From: Candidatus Hadarchaeota archaeon
GTDB taxonomy: Archaea > CAYQAE01 > CAYVLA01
Reading direction: 5' to 3'
Length of the DNA: 64,000 nucleotides
Assembly (NCBI GenBank): GCA_964621445.1
Contig: CAZUNO010000012.1
Coordinates: 16,516 to 80,515 of the forward strand
The translations under genes were made by a program, and so were the position numbers. Every line of letters begins with the position of its first letter. Position 1 is the stretch's first letter. This document shows positions 19,338 to 28,298 of this stretch, piece after piece. A model generated the notes under the pieces. The model saw only the letters and a program-made list of their open reading frames with translations, had not been told where the DNA came from and made no database searches.

Positions 19338-20738
19338 TCAGGAGGCTCTGGACCACTTTGTTCCCCAATCCGTGTCCTCGATTATTAATCCATCCTCCTC
19401 TAATTCCGATCGAAGGTTATCCGCGGTCTCCCAGTCCCTCATTTCTCTGGCCCTTTCACGTTCACGTATCTTCCTCGTCTGCTCTGCCGTCAGGTTTGGA
19501 GGTTCTGGAAATTGAAGACCGAATACTGATGCAAATCGATCGAATGCCTCTTTGCACTTGCCTAAAACCTTCTCGTTCCTAGCCTCCTGTAGATAGCCAT
19601 TAATGGACTTTGCAAGTTCATGGAAAACACCGAGGGCCAGAGGGGTGTTGAAATCGTCGTCCATGGCATCCCTGAACCTTTTCTCAAAATCCGCCATCTC
19701 CTCCATCATCTCTTCTTCGGATTCATTTGATGTTCTAAGTGCGAAGTTCAGATTCTGGTATGCGTTTAGAAGCCGCTGACAGTTGTTCTCTGCATTCTCG
19801 ATCGTCTCCTGCGTGTAATCCAGTATCCTTCTATAATGGGTAGAAGCGAACATATACCTCAACACGTTCACCGAGTACCTATCCAACACATCATCTATCC
19901 TCACAATATTTCCCAGCGACTTGCTCATCTTCTCTCCGTCGACCATGAGGTGCTGTCCGTGAAGCCAGTATCTCACAAAGGTCTGACCGGTATATGACTC
20001 GCTCTGAGCGATCTCGTTCTCGTGATGAGGGAAAACCAGGTCAACTCCACCCGTGTGAATGTCGATGGTTTTTCCCAGGTATTTCATGGACAGGGTTGAG
20101 CATTCCATGTGCCACCCAGGACGTACCTTCCCCCATGGAGAATCGAAAAATATACCCCTTTCTATCTCTGAATCCGTGGATCTCTTTAGCAGCACGAAAT
20201 CCCGGGGGTTATTTTTCCCATATTCATCAACATCGACCCTGGCCCCGACCCTCACCTGGTTCAAATCCACCCCGGAAAGCTTGCCGTAATCATGGAATTT
20301 TGATATGTCAAAGTAAACGCTGCCCTTGCTTTCATAGGCATATCCCTTCTCCACAAGTACCTCCACTATATCGATCATGGATTGGACGTTTTCGGTTGCT
20401 CGGGGATACTTCTCTGCTGGCAGGATATTCAGCCGGTCCAGACCCTCAAAAAATATCTGTTCATATCTCCTGGTGTAATCCTCCAATTTTTCCCCCATTT
20501 CAGCAGATCTCTGAATCGTCTTGTCATCGATATCGGTAATATTCACCACCTGGTGAACTTCATATCCTGAGAACTCCAGGTACCGACGTATGTTATCATT
20601 CATTACAAAGCTCCTGTAGTTCCCAAGATGCGGCTCATCATAAACGGTCGGGCCGCAGCAATACATGGTTACCTGGCCTTCCTTTAGGGGCGAAAATTTC
20701 TCCTTTTCTCTAGATAACGTGTTGTATACCTTGAGCAT
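19338..20738 (-). CDS. cysS: cysteine--tRNA ligase
   Basis: CGPTVY..HLGN, NITDIDDK, RPGWHMEC, FPHHENE, KMSKSLGN. Confidence 0.97.
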   Translation of the reverse strand: MLKVYNTLSREKEKFSPLKEGQVTMYCCGPTVYDEPHLGNYRSFVMNDNIRRYLEFSGYEVHQVVNITDIDDKTIQRSAEMGEKLEDYTRRYEQIFFEGLDRLNILPAEKYPRATENVQSMIDIVEVLVEKGYAYESKGSVYFDISKFHDYGKLSGVDLNQVRVGARVDVDEYGKNNPRDFVLLKRSTDSEIERGIFFDSPWGKVRPGWHMECSTLSMKYLGKTIDIHTGGVDLVFPHHENEIAQSESYTGQTFVRYWLHGQHLMVDGEKMSKSLGNIVRIDDVLDRYSVNVLRYMFASTHYRRILDYTQETIENAENNCQRLLNAYQNLNFALRTSNESEEEMMEEMADFEKRFRDAMDDDFNTPLALGVFHELAKSINGYLQEARNEKVLGKCKEAFDRFASVFGLQFPEPPNLTAEQTRKIRERERAREMRDWETADNLRSELEEDGLIIEDTDWGTKWSRAS

Positions 20739-20808
20739 TACATCCCTCCGATGAGGGGAATCTCATTATATGTTTTGGAGACTCCACGTTCAAAAATGGG
20801 TCCGGGGC

Positions 20809-20993
20809 CTAAAGCCGGGCACTACCTCTTTTACCGGTAAGGGAACTCCATTCCTCACGTAGTTCATAGTAGATCGGCCCAAATCCCAGGCTGACAACCA
20901 CCACCGCCAAAAGACCTCCCAGTATAGGAACCCAGAACAGGAGGATGCTAAAAGAAACATGGAAAGAGCGATTATTAACAGAATCTCCTTCAA
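20809..20993 (-). CDS. small membrane protein (~61 aa) with an apparent 1-nt frameshift
   Basis: Adding one base to the A4 run at 20950-20953 joins MKEILLIIALSMFL to FSILLFWVPILGGLLAVVVVSLGFGPIYYELREEW... Confidence 0.45.
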
Positions 20994-21163
20994 TTTATCA
21001 CAACCCCGTGAGCGAGACTTGAATCAAACAGGCGTGAGGGATTCCCGCCCCTTTCATTGACAAAGTTTGGCTTTTGGGTGACTCCTAACGAATTGGCGGT
21101 AATCAAACATCAACTGCCCTCTTGAAACCGAATGCTCCCTTACGGCTACACAGGCGTTTGTGA

Positions 21164-22756
21164 TCAAATATCCCCTGGCTCGATAATCGAAGCCCCCCTA
21201 ATGGGTTTAACTACCTCGCAAAAAGGTGACAGACCCCGAGGTTCATAATAGCGCTCCTTCATCTCCCTTAGCAGGGAATCCACCGCCCCACGCTCGGCAA
21301 GGATCCTTATCGACCCCCCAAAGCCAGCCCCGGTCAAGCCGGCTCCCAACACCCCGGTAACGGAATTTGCTATGTCCACCATCTCATCCAACTCCGGAGA
21401 GCTGCATCCATAACCGCCGGACTGGAGGTGTATCTGGGCCCTTCTGGCCCTCTTCTCCTCGCCGCTATTCAGATCGGCAATTAGCCCTCCAAGATACTCA
21501 TCACTAACCGTGTTGTCCAAGGGCCTCCACCTCTCTTCCTGATCATCGTATGACACCACCCGGTCACCATCGTGCTCGATGGACATCAATCTCCCCACCT
21601 CCTCAATATCCCCGGAACGGACCACATCCGCGAATATCCTACCCCTTTCACATTCCGAAATTCCAAACAAGGCCACTGAACGTATGCGATAGCCTCTGTC
21701 CGGTGGTTTATGGGTACGGAAGATCCGCTCCAATTTATTCTTTTGACACGGGAATCTCCCCAATAAGTCCTCCCTGGTTGCCCTGGTCGGAAGGGCTAGA
21801 ACCATCCTATAGATATCCTCCAGTGGAATTCTTAGAGGGTTTATATCCCTAAGATGTTCGGTCCTGCGGATGAGTCCATCATCCAAGCCGAGATCCCTCA
21901 TGGCCTCCTTAGCCAGGATCAGTACCATGTTATAGGCGGCTATCGTCTGGTTATAAGCATCCAGAACCTCACCCGCCTTATGCGCCGATTTTCTGGAATC
22001 ACATACCACTATGCTGTATCCGTTGGGAAGAGGAATATACTCCTCGACTTTGAAGGGAAAGAACCGAAGATGGGATATCCTTTCCGGCAGGCATACTAAC
22101 ATGGCCGCGTGATCTCCGGCCCCGCCCCTGGTACCAACATACCATTCCGCCTCTCCACAGAGTTCCACCAGTTCCTCCTTCCCAATATCCAATTGATTTA
22201 CGGCCAGGGTCAATAAACTGGATATCACCACCATGGCGGAAGAAGATGATAGACCCGAGGATCTGGGGATGTCCCCGTAAAAGGCCACATCCATGCCCTT
22301 CAAGCTAATATCTGAAAACCTTCTCTGCAATCGAAGAACCGCGGCCTTCACATAATTGGACCAATCACTCTGCTGCTCGGACACCCTTTTCATAACCGGA
22401 TCTGAATTCAGGTAATCAAGCCAGCTTGACCCTTCACCTATCTCCATCTCATCTCCAATGGAGAAATTCCGGTCAGGGAAACGGTCGCTCCTGACATCAG
22501 TAATTCTTACGATGTCATCGGCTCTTTTGGCAGCCGCTGCCAGGATCTCACGGCTATGCGTAACGTAGTTCACATAGCCCCCTCGATGCTCCACGTGCAT
22601 CCCCATCAAATTTACCCTACAGGGACATCTGGCCAGGAATACAGGGCGATCGGTTCCAAATCTATCCTCGAAATGGTTCAATAATTCCCCAAAACTGGAA
22701 ATCTTGTCCTTCACAATCCCGTTATCCCCATAGACAGCCGCTAAAACGGAATTCAA
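21164..22756 (-). CDS. GHMP family sugar kinase (galactokinase-like)
   Basis: PCRVNLMGMH, WSNYVKA, IPRSSGLSSSSA, GAGLTGAGFGG; TTG 22756 follows a GGAGG-like sequence (ORF open to 22831). Confidence 0.85.
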   Translation of the reverse strand: MNSVLAAVYGDNGIVKDKISSFGELLNHFEDRFGTDRPVFLARCPCRVNLMGMHVEHRGGYVNYVTHSREILAAAAKRADDIVRITDVRSDRFPDRNFSIGDEMEIGEGSSWLDYLNSDPVMKRVSEQQSDWSNYVKAAVLRLQRRFSDISLKGMDVAFYGDIPRSSGLSSSSAMVVISSLLTLAVNQLDIGKEELVELCGEAEWYVGTRGGAGDHAAMLVCLPERISHLRFFPFKVEEYIPLPNGYSIVVCDSRKSAHKAGEVLDAYNQTIAAYNMVLILAKEAMRDLGLDDGLIRRTEHLRDINPLRIPLEDIYRMVLALPTRATREDLLGRFPCQKNKLERIFRTHKPPDRGYRIRSVALFGISECERGRIFADVVRSGDIEEVGRLMSIEHDGDRVVSYDDQEERWRPLDNTVSDEYLGGLIADLNSGEEKRARRAQIHLQSGGYGCSSPELDEMVDIANSVTGVLGAGLTGAGFGGSIRILAERGAVDSLLREMKERYYEPRGLSPFCEVVKPIRGASIIEPGDI

Positions 22757-22907
22757 CCCTCCCCCTAATTGACCTCTCCACCAAATGATATCTCTAGAAG
22801 CAGGCAAATAATCACCATAGGAAGATGGCAAGTGTTACGCTTGGATAACATCCCCAGGGTAACCAATTAATATCTTCTGCTCTCCACAGATCCGGAGACT
22901 GTAGGAA

Positions 22908-23882
22908 ATGGTAACAAAAAACAGCCCAAATGATTCCTCCTTAAGCCTGAATGAAAAGGCCATGACCCTGGTTCAAAGACTTGTGGATAATGCCGCATAT
23001 TACAAAGTTGAGATATCCCGTCTAAAGGATGGATCTACCCTCATAGATGGAGGTTTGGAGGGTCAGGGAGGGCTGAGAGCCGGGGAATTAATTGCGGAGA
23101 TATCCATGGGAGGGCTAGGTTCGGTCGATCTCACCCGTTTGGATCTATTCGACCAGAAGTTCCCGGGCGTATATGTTTCTACCGATCACCCGCTGCTTTC
23201 CTGCCTTCTTTCACAGCTAGCAGGCTGGTCCATCAAGGTTGGTAAATTTCGTGCGCTGGGATCCGGGCCTGCCCGAGCCCTGGCCCAAACCGAAGCAGTT
23301 TTCGATGAATACAGCTATCATGATGACCATTCGGAGGGCGTGCTGATCCTGGAGACCTCAAAAAAGCCCTCCCACAAGGTATCTACATATGTCAGCAAGA
23401 AATGCAAAATCGACCCCAAGGACCTCTATATCGTGATTACCCCAACCTCAAGCCCCGCAGGAAACCTGCAGATCTGCTCCAGAATCGTGGAGACCGGGAT
23501 CCACAAGATGAACGAGCTGGATATCGACATCGGCATGATCCGATCGGGCATAGGTTCTTGCCCACTTCCCCCGCTCTGCAAAAATGACCTCACCATGATG
23601 GGCAGGACCAACGATGCAATTCTCTACGGCGGTATTACCCATTACCAATCCCTCGCCAGCTTGGCAAGGGACAAAATTGAATCCATCCCCTCCTGCTCAT
23701 CCCCGGATTATGGGAAGCCCTTCGAGGAGCTATTCAAGGCCGCAGGTGGGGATTTCTACAAACTCGATCAGGGGTTATTCAGCCCGGCCCTGGTCCAGAT
23801 AAACGATCTAGAAGAGGGAAGTTTTGACTCATCTGGCCTCGTAAACGAGGAGGTTCTGAAGGAGTCCTTCGACATCACCTAG
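22908..23882 (+). CDS. mch: methenyltetrahydromethanopterin cyclohydrolase
   Basis: SQLAGW, GSGPARAL, RIVETGIHK, MGRTNDAILYGG, DYGKPF, FSPA. Confidence 0.95.
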   Translation: MVTKNSPNDSSLSLNEKAMTLVQRLVDNAAYYKVEISRLKDGSTLIDGGLEGQGGLRAGELIAEISMGGLGSVDLTRLDLFDQKFPGVYVSTDHPLLSCLLSQLAGWSIKVGKFRALGSGPARALAQTEAVFDEYSYHDDHSEGVLILETSKKPSHKVSTYVSKKCKIDPKDLYIVITPTSSPAGNLQICSRIVETGIHKMNELDIDIGMIRSGIGSCPLPPLCKNDLTMMGRTNDAILYGGITHYQSLASLARDKIESIPSCSSPDYGKPFEELFKAAGGDFYKLDQGLFSPALVQINDLEEGSFDSSGLVNEEVLKESFDIT

Positions 23883-25524
23883 CAACCTCAATAGCCCGTT
23901 GCAGTATATCGCTGACCGCTTCATTACCAAGTGCACTTACCAGCGGGCCAAACCTCGGGCCAGATTTCTTTTTCAGCACCAACCGGTAGAGGATTCGGAA
24001 CATCCTTCCTGGTTTAACTCCATGATTCTTGGCTTCGCTAAAAATCGTGGACTGGATCTCGCCCGGTCCTGGGGAGGAGCGGATACAGGAATTTATCCTC
24101 TCTAGGGCTGAAATTTCATTCTCAGAGAGCTGGGAAACGAAATCGCGGTCCGGAACCTCGGCTAATGTGAGAGCCTGATCGGGGACATATGATTCCACCC
24201 AGCGAAGGCCGAACTGCAACCTCCTTCTTATGAACTCAACATCCTCACCGCTAAGTTCCTCACCGATTATACCCGATCTCTGAAGAGTTTCAAGTGCCTC
24301 CTGGATCTGGGTTTCCGGGTCGTATATCTGGGCAATTAATGAAGCGAAGGAGAAATCCACCATGGCAGGTCTCTTATCAGGGATATCGCCGAGTTGCGAA
24401 ATCTCATACAATCTGCTCATATGAGCTCTTTCTCGTTCATTTGAGGGAACCGTTATCCCGTAGTAGACATCGGCGTGGCGGTCATAATCGGAATAGAGCC
24501 TGGGTAGACCGCGCCAGGTAAAGCTTCTGGTCTTCATTAACTTCTTGTTATAGAGAAAACGGAGTAGTTCCGGGGGAGCAACCTGCAGCCACTGGGATGG
24601 ATAAACCACATTGCCAACTGATGCGCTCATCTTCTCTCCATCGATCATTAGATGCTCGTAGAAGAATGGCTCGGGCATGGGGTAATCGAGTATTCGTTCC
24701 ACGATCTCCCCGTTAACCCACCATGCGCTGGTTGGAACCTCGTACTCCTTTCCGCCACCTTCACAGGCCACGTTCCAGCGAGCCCATTCACTGGCCCATT
24801 CTCCCTTCCAAAGTAGCTTGCCCTCGTCACTAGTGGCCTCCGCCTCCCCGATATATCCACAGCCACGGGCCGTGGTCTTTTCGAAGTCGTAATCCCTGCA
24901 CTCGTATCTTACCTTCGTACCACGTAATTCAATTATTCGGGGGGTAATTATCTTTCCGCACTTGCTGCAGATCGGTTTCCAGGGGCTCCAGGTTTTAGAA
25001 AGTTCCGAATCCCGGTACTTACCCAGGATTTCCTTTACCTCGTCCACTTTTTGAAGGATACTCCTTATGTATGAGCTGAAAAAACCCTTCTTGTACTGCT
25101 CACGCATGGAGAAGATATCCATCTCGTTGGACACGAATTTGTGAATAACGTCGAGGTATTCTTCCTGATGGTGCTCCGCGTAGGATTGATGGCATCCCTG
25201 CGGGTCGGGAACATCGGTAACCGGTTTTCCAAGATAATCCTCATATTCCTTGGGAACCCCCCTTGGTATCTTTCTAAGAGGATCCATATCCTCAGCTACC
25301 CAGATCATCCTGGCATCTACCCCTGCATCCTCCAGAGCTGTAACCACGGAATCCGCCCGAATGGTATCGCTAAGGCGTCCTATGTGGAGCACCCCTGATA
25401 GAGAGGCTGAGGATTTAACCACATACAGGTCCCTCTTCTCGACTGGCTTGTCCAGGAAATGAAAGCTACTTCTTTGAATTATGTCTGCGGCCTTCTGATC
25501 GGCCCAGAAGAGTGATTCCTCCAT
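23875..25524 (-). CDS. lysS: class I lysine--tRNA ligase
   Basis: FWAD, SGVLHIG, DPLRKIP, GKLLWK.EW, KMSAS.GN, GPRFG. Confidence 0.95.
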   Translation of the reverse strand: MEESLFWADQKAADIIQRSSFHFLDKPVEKRDLYVVKSSASLSGVLHIGRLSDTIRADSVVTALEDAGVDARMIWVAEDMDPLRKIPRGVPKEYEDYLGKPVTDVPDPQGCHQSYAEHHQEEYLDVIHKFVSNEMDIFSMREQYKKGFFSSYIRSILQKVDEVKEILGKYRDSELSKTWSPWKPICSKCGKIITPRIIELRGTKVRYECRDYDFEKTTARGCGYIGEAEATSDEGKLLWKGEWASEWARWNVACEGGGKEYEVPTSAWWVNGEIVERILDYPMPEPFFYEHLMIDGEKMSASVGNVVYPSQWLQVAPPELLRFLYNKKLMKTRSFTWRGLPRLYSDYDRHADVYYGITVPSNERERAHMSRLYEISQLGDIPDKRPAMVDFSFASLIAQIYDPETQIQEALETLQRSGIIGEELSGEDVEFIRRRLQFGLRWVESYVPDQALTLAEVPDRDFVSQLSENEISALERINSCIRSSPGPGEIQSTIFSEAKNHGVKPGRMFRILYRLVLKKKSGPRFGPLVSALGNEAVSDILQRAIEVAR

Positions 25525-25558
25525 AAACACACCAAAAATACTAGTCGCGGGTCCAAGA

Positions 25559-25750
25559 TGCCGTTCGCCCCGGTTTTTACCGGTGGAGCGGGGTTCGAAC
25601 CCGCGACTTCCGTCTCAAATGAGACTCCGGATGTCCCAGTGACATGGCCGGTGAACCTATACTCGGTCTCCGTGCCCTAAGGTCTCCTATGAGTCCGGCG
25701 CGCTCTCCGGTCGAACCTTGAGGTTCGATAACCGGCTGCGCCATCCCGGC
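25559..25750 (-). tRNA. elongator tRNA-Met (CAT) with four predicted introns (20a/21, 37/38, ~45/46, 68/69)
   Basis: Exons 25750-25730, 25704-25688, 25632-25625, 25607-25585 and 25563-25559 join into a fully paired 74-nt cloverleaf GCCGGGA TG GCGC AGCCGGTTA GCGC G CCGGA CTCATAA TCCGG AGGTC GCGGG TTCGAAC CCCGC TCCCGGC A; BHB-like motifs at the junctions. Confidence 0.88.
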
Positions 25751-25782
25751 ATAGGTTCTCTGACGCGATGCCGGAAAAACGC

Positions 25783-25794
25783 ATATAAATATAT
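25783..25794. promoter_or_regulatory. TATA-box-like element between the divergent tRNA-Met and radical SAM genes
   Basis: ATATAAATATAT about 30 bp from both the tRNA 5' end and ATG 25824. Confidence 0.55.
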
Positions 25795-25823
25795 CTGCAT
25801 ATTCACCTTCCACGAGGTTCATT

Positions 25824-27329
25824 ATGACTACCCTAGTACAGGAAGTGGGAGGTTTTAGAAAACGTAAAGCCGATCTAAGGATCGCCCTCGTCTATCCCAA
25901 TATCTACCCGGTCGGGATGGCAAATCTGGGGCTCCACACGGTATATTCCCTCTTCAACTCCTATGAGAAAATTGCCTGCGAGAGGTTCTTCCTGGGGATG
26001 GACAAGTCCATGGAGACCAATACCCCCTTGGGCCTATTCGATGTCATCGCCTTCTCCCTTCAATACGAGATGGATTATACCAATGTTATCAAGATTCTCA
26101 AGTCATGCAACATCGAACCCGATAGGCGGAGAAGAAATGGACCCATGGTCATCGCCGGGGGGCCATGTTGTTTCAACCCCCTTCCCCTAACGGGCATCAT
26201 TGACCTGTTCGTTGTCGGTGAGATTGAACCTCTGGCCAATGACCTCGTCGAGGGTCTTCTCGAGGGCTATGGTACAGACGAGATGTCTTCAACTCCGGGT
26301 CTACTATCAAGTCAACTCCTGAACCTCACGAAGGCAGCTCGCGCAATGGATCTGGACTCAATTCCCGCTCCCCTAAATCAACCTCGCCCAGTGTCGGGAG
26401 TTAATCCGGCCCTGGGCGAGACTTTTCTGGTCGAGATATCGAGGGGATGCAACGTTAGATGCAGGTTCTGCATGTATTCCCATTGCACCTTCCCTAAAAG
26501 GGAGAGATCATTCCAGAGAATCAAGGAGGTAGTTGATAAGGGCCTGAAAATCACTAAATCTCCCAAGGTCTCATTGATTGGGGCCCTGGTTACGGATCAT
26601 TCCGAGATAAAGGAGATACTCCATTACCTGTCCGAGATCGGGGTCTCGGTCTCCCTTCCATCGATCAGAACTGATGGCGTGGACGATGAACTGATGGAAC
26701 TGATCAGGGCTCTTGGGGTTAGGACCTTGACAATTGCACCCGAGGGAAGCCCGAAAATTAGATCTACTCTCAAGAAGGGAATTTCGGAGGATAGCATAAG
26801 GTATGTGTCCGAGGCGGCGGTTGATTACGGCGTGGAAAAGCTTCGGATGTACTTCATCACCGGGGTTCCTGGAGAAACCACCCAAGACCTGGAGTATATC
26901 GCAAACCTGTCAGCCGATCTCTCGAGGATTTACGGAAGACGCCGCGTTACCGCCAGCGTTAACCCCCTGGTTCCTAAACCCCACACGCCGGCGGAATTCC
27001 TTCCCATGTCTAAACGTGGGCGACTGAAATCAAATTATTCCTTTCTTAGAAAATTCACCCCGGATTCCGTCAACCTGAACTTGCAGAGCATAAGAGAGTC
27101 AATTATACAGGCCTATCTGGCCAAAGGAACGGCCATAACCGCTAAGGTGCTATTATCGATGGATACCGGCTCCACGAGCTATGGCGAATGGAAACGAGCG
27201 GCAGAAAGGGAGGGAGACTCCATTAATCGGATATTTTCACCTCCTGACGATACCCCCTGGGACATCGTAGATTCTGGTTTAAACCGGAGCTATCTTAAAA
27301 GACAGCACCAATCCATGCTGCAAAATTAA
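25824..27329 (+). CDS. radical SAM protein (TIGR03960-like / B12-binding-associated family)
   Basis: YPNIYPVGMANLG, EISRGCNVRCRFC (CxxxCxxC), SLPSIR, TLTIAPE, VPKPHTP. Confidence 0.88.
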   Translation: MTTLVQEVGGFRKRKADLRIALVYPNIYPVGMANLGLHTVYSLFNSYEKIACERFFLGMDKSMETNTPLGLFDVIAFSLQYEMDYTNVIKILKSCNIEPDRRRRNGPMVIAGGPCCFNPLPLTGIIDLFVVGEIEPLANDLVEGLLEGYGTDEMSSTPGLLSSQLLNLTKAARAMDLDSIPAPLNQPRPVSGVNPALGETFLVEISRGCNVRCRFCMYSHCTFPKRERSFQRIKEVVDKGLKITKSPKVSLIGALVTDHSEIKEILHYLSEIGVSVSLPSIRTDGVDDELMELIRALGVRTLTIAPEGSPKIRSTLKKGISEDSIRYVSEAAVDYGVEKLRMYFITGVPGETTQDLEYIANLSADLSRIYGRRRVTASVNPLVPKPHTPAEFLPMSKRGRLKSNYSFLRKFTPDSVNLNLQSIRESIIQAYLAKGTAITAKVLLSMDTGSTSYGEWKRAAEREGDSINRIFSPPDDTPWDIVDSGLNRSYLKRQHQSMLQN

Positions 27330-27426
27330 AAGAATTCCGCCTGCCATTTGGAATTTTAGCATTGAGATTAACCTAAGAGGGTTTTATTAGCGTCTGAGAA
27401 AGCATTAATAGCCACGTCAAAACACT

Positions 27427-28134
27427 ATGTATCTAGGAGATCTAGTCTTGTTTTGTCCTCGCTGTAATGAAAGGATTAGCGAGAGTTGGACCTACTGTCC
27501 CCGATGTGGAGCAAAGCTTCCAGGTTCCAAAAATTCCTCTGGCCAGGAGATTAATGGATCATTTAATGATATGTTCGAGGATATCCGAAAGCAGATGAAG
27601 GATGCCCTGAAGGATGATCTTTCGGGAGATATCGAGTTCTTTGATCTTAAGCCCGAATTTCTCAAGAAACATCCCTTATTCAGATCGGGAGGGTTCCGAG
27701 TAAAGATAACCAGGGCCGGTGATGGACCACCGGATATCGACATTAAGGCCTTCGGTGATATAGATGAGAAGACGGCCGAGAAGATACAGAAAGCCATGAA
27801 GAAACAAAAGGTAAATCTTGATGACAGGAAGGAAAGGGAAGAGAAAGAGCAGGAAAAAGGGTCCAAGAAACAGGAAACCCGGTACAAACAGATCTCGGAA
27901 TACAGGGAACCGACCTGCGAGACCAAATGGGCCGGGGATCACTTGGTAGTGGAGCTAGATCTACCTGGTGTAAAGAGTGAGGACCATATCGACATTAGAA
28001 AGCTAACCGAGAGCATCGAGATCAAGGCATTTGCCGGAAATCAAGGGTACTTCAAGATCCTAAGCATACCAGAGGACGCAAAATTGTTCAAGAAGGAGTT
28101 CCGAGACCACAAGCTCAAATTGAATATCAAATAG
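27427..28134 (+). CDS. zinc-ribbon + Hsp20-like C-terminal domain protein
   Basis: CPRC...YCPRCG; VELDLPGVKSEDHIDI..LTESIEIKA. Confidence 0.7.
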   Translation: MYLGDLVLFCPRCNERISESWTYCPRCGAKLPGSKNSSGQEINGSFNDMFEDIRKQMKDALKDDLSGDIEFFDLKPEFLKKHPLFRSGGFRVKITRAGDGPPDIDIKAFGDIDEKTAEKIQKAMKKQKVNLDDRKEREEKEQEKGSKKQETRYKQISEYREPTCETKWAGDHLVVELDLPGVKSEDHIDIRKLTESIEIKAFAGNQGYFKILSIPEDAKLFKKEFRDHKLKLNIK

Positions 28135-28180
28135 GTCTCCTCCTCGAAACATTAAAGAATTCTCTCGCCCTCCTCAATCC

Positions 28181-28255
28181 AGCGAGGTGGGGCAGCCAGG
28201 AGTGCCCGACGGGCTCATAACCCGTAGGTCAGTGGTTCAAATCCACTCCTCGCTA
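28181..28255 (+). tRNA. initiator tRNA-Met (CAT), intronless
   Basis: AGCGAGG/CCTCGCT acceptor with A1-U72, anticodon stem ACGGG/CCCGT with three G-C pairs, CTCATAA loop, GGTTCAAATCC T arm. Confidence 0.97.
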
Positions 28256-28298
28256 TTCTTGCTTTTATTCCCGGAAAATTATCTTTATTTGCCAATCT

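Noticed and set aside
20994-21163. Short direct repeats (AATCAAACA, ACAGGCGT) in intergenic DNA
   Set aside because: Two copies each with irregular spacing; not a CRISPR array or recognisable element. No CRISPR array was seen anywhere in the window.
25577-25822. 81-aa minus-strand ORF
   Set aside because: It overlaps the intron-containing tRNA-Met gene and shows no protein-like features.
28181-28255. Initiator tRNA as the integration site of the element
   Set aside because: No duplicated tRNA 3' end was found; the element's boundaries are explained by the repeat inside the glycosidase gene.
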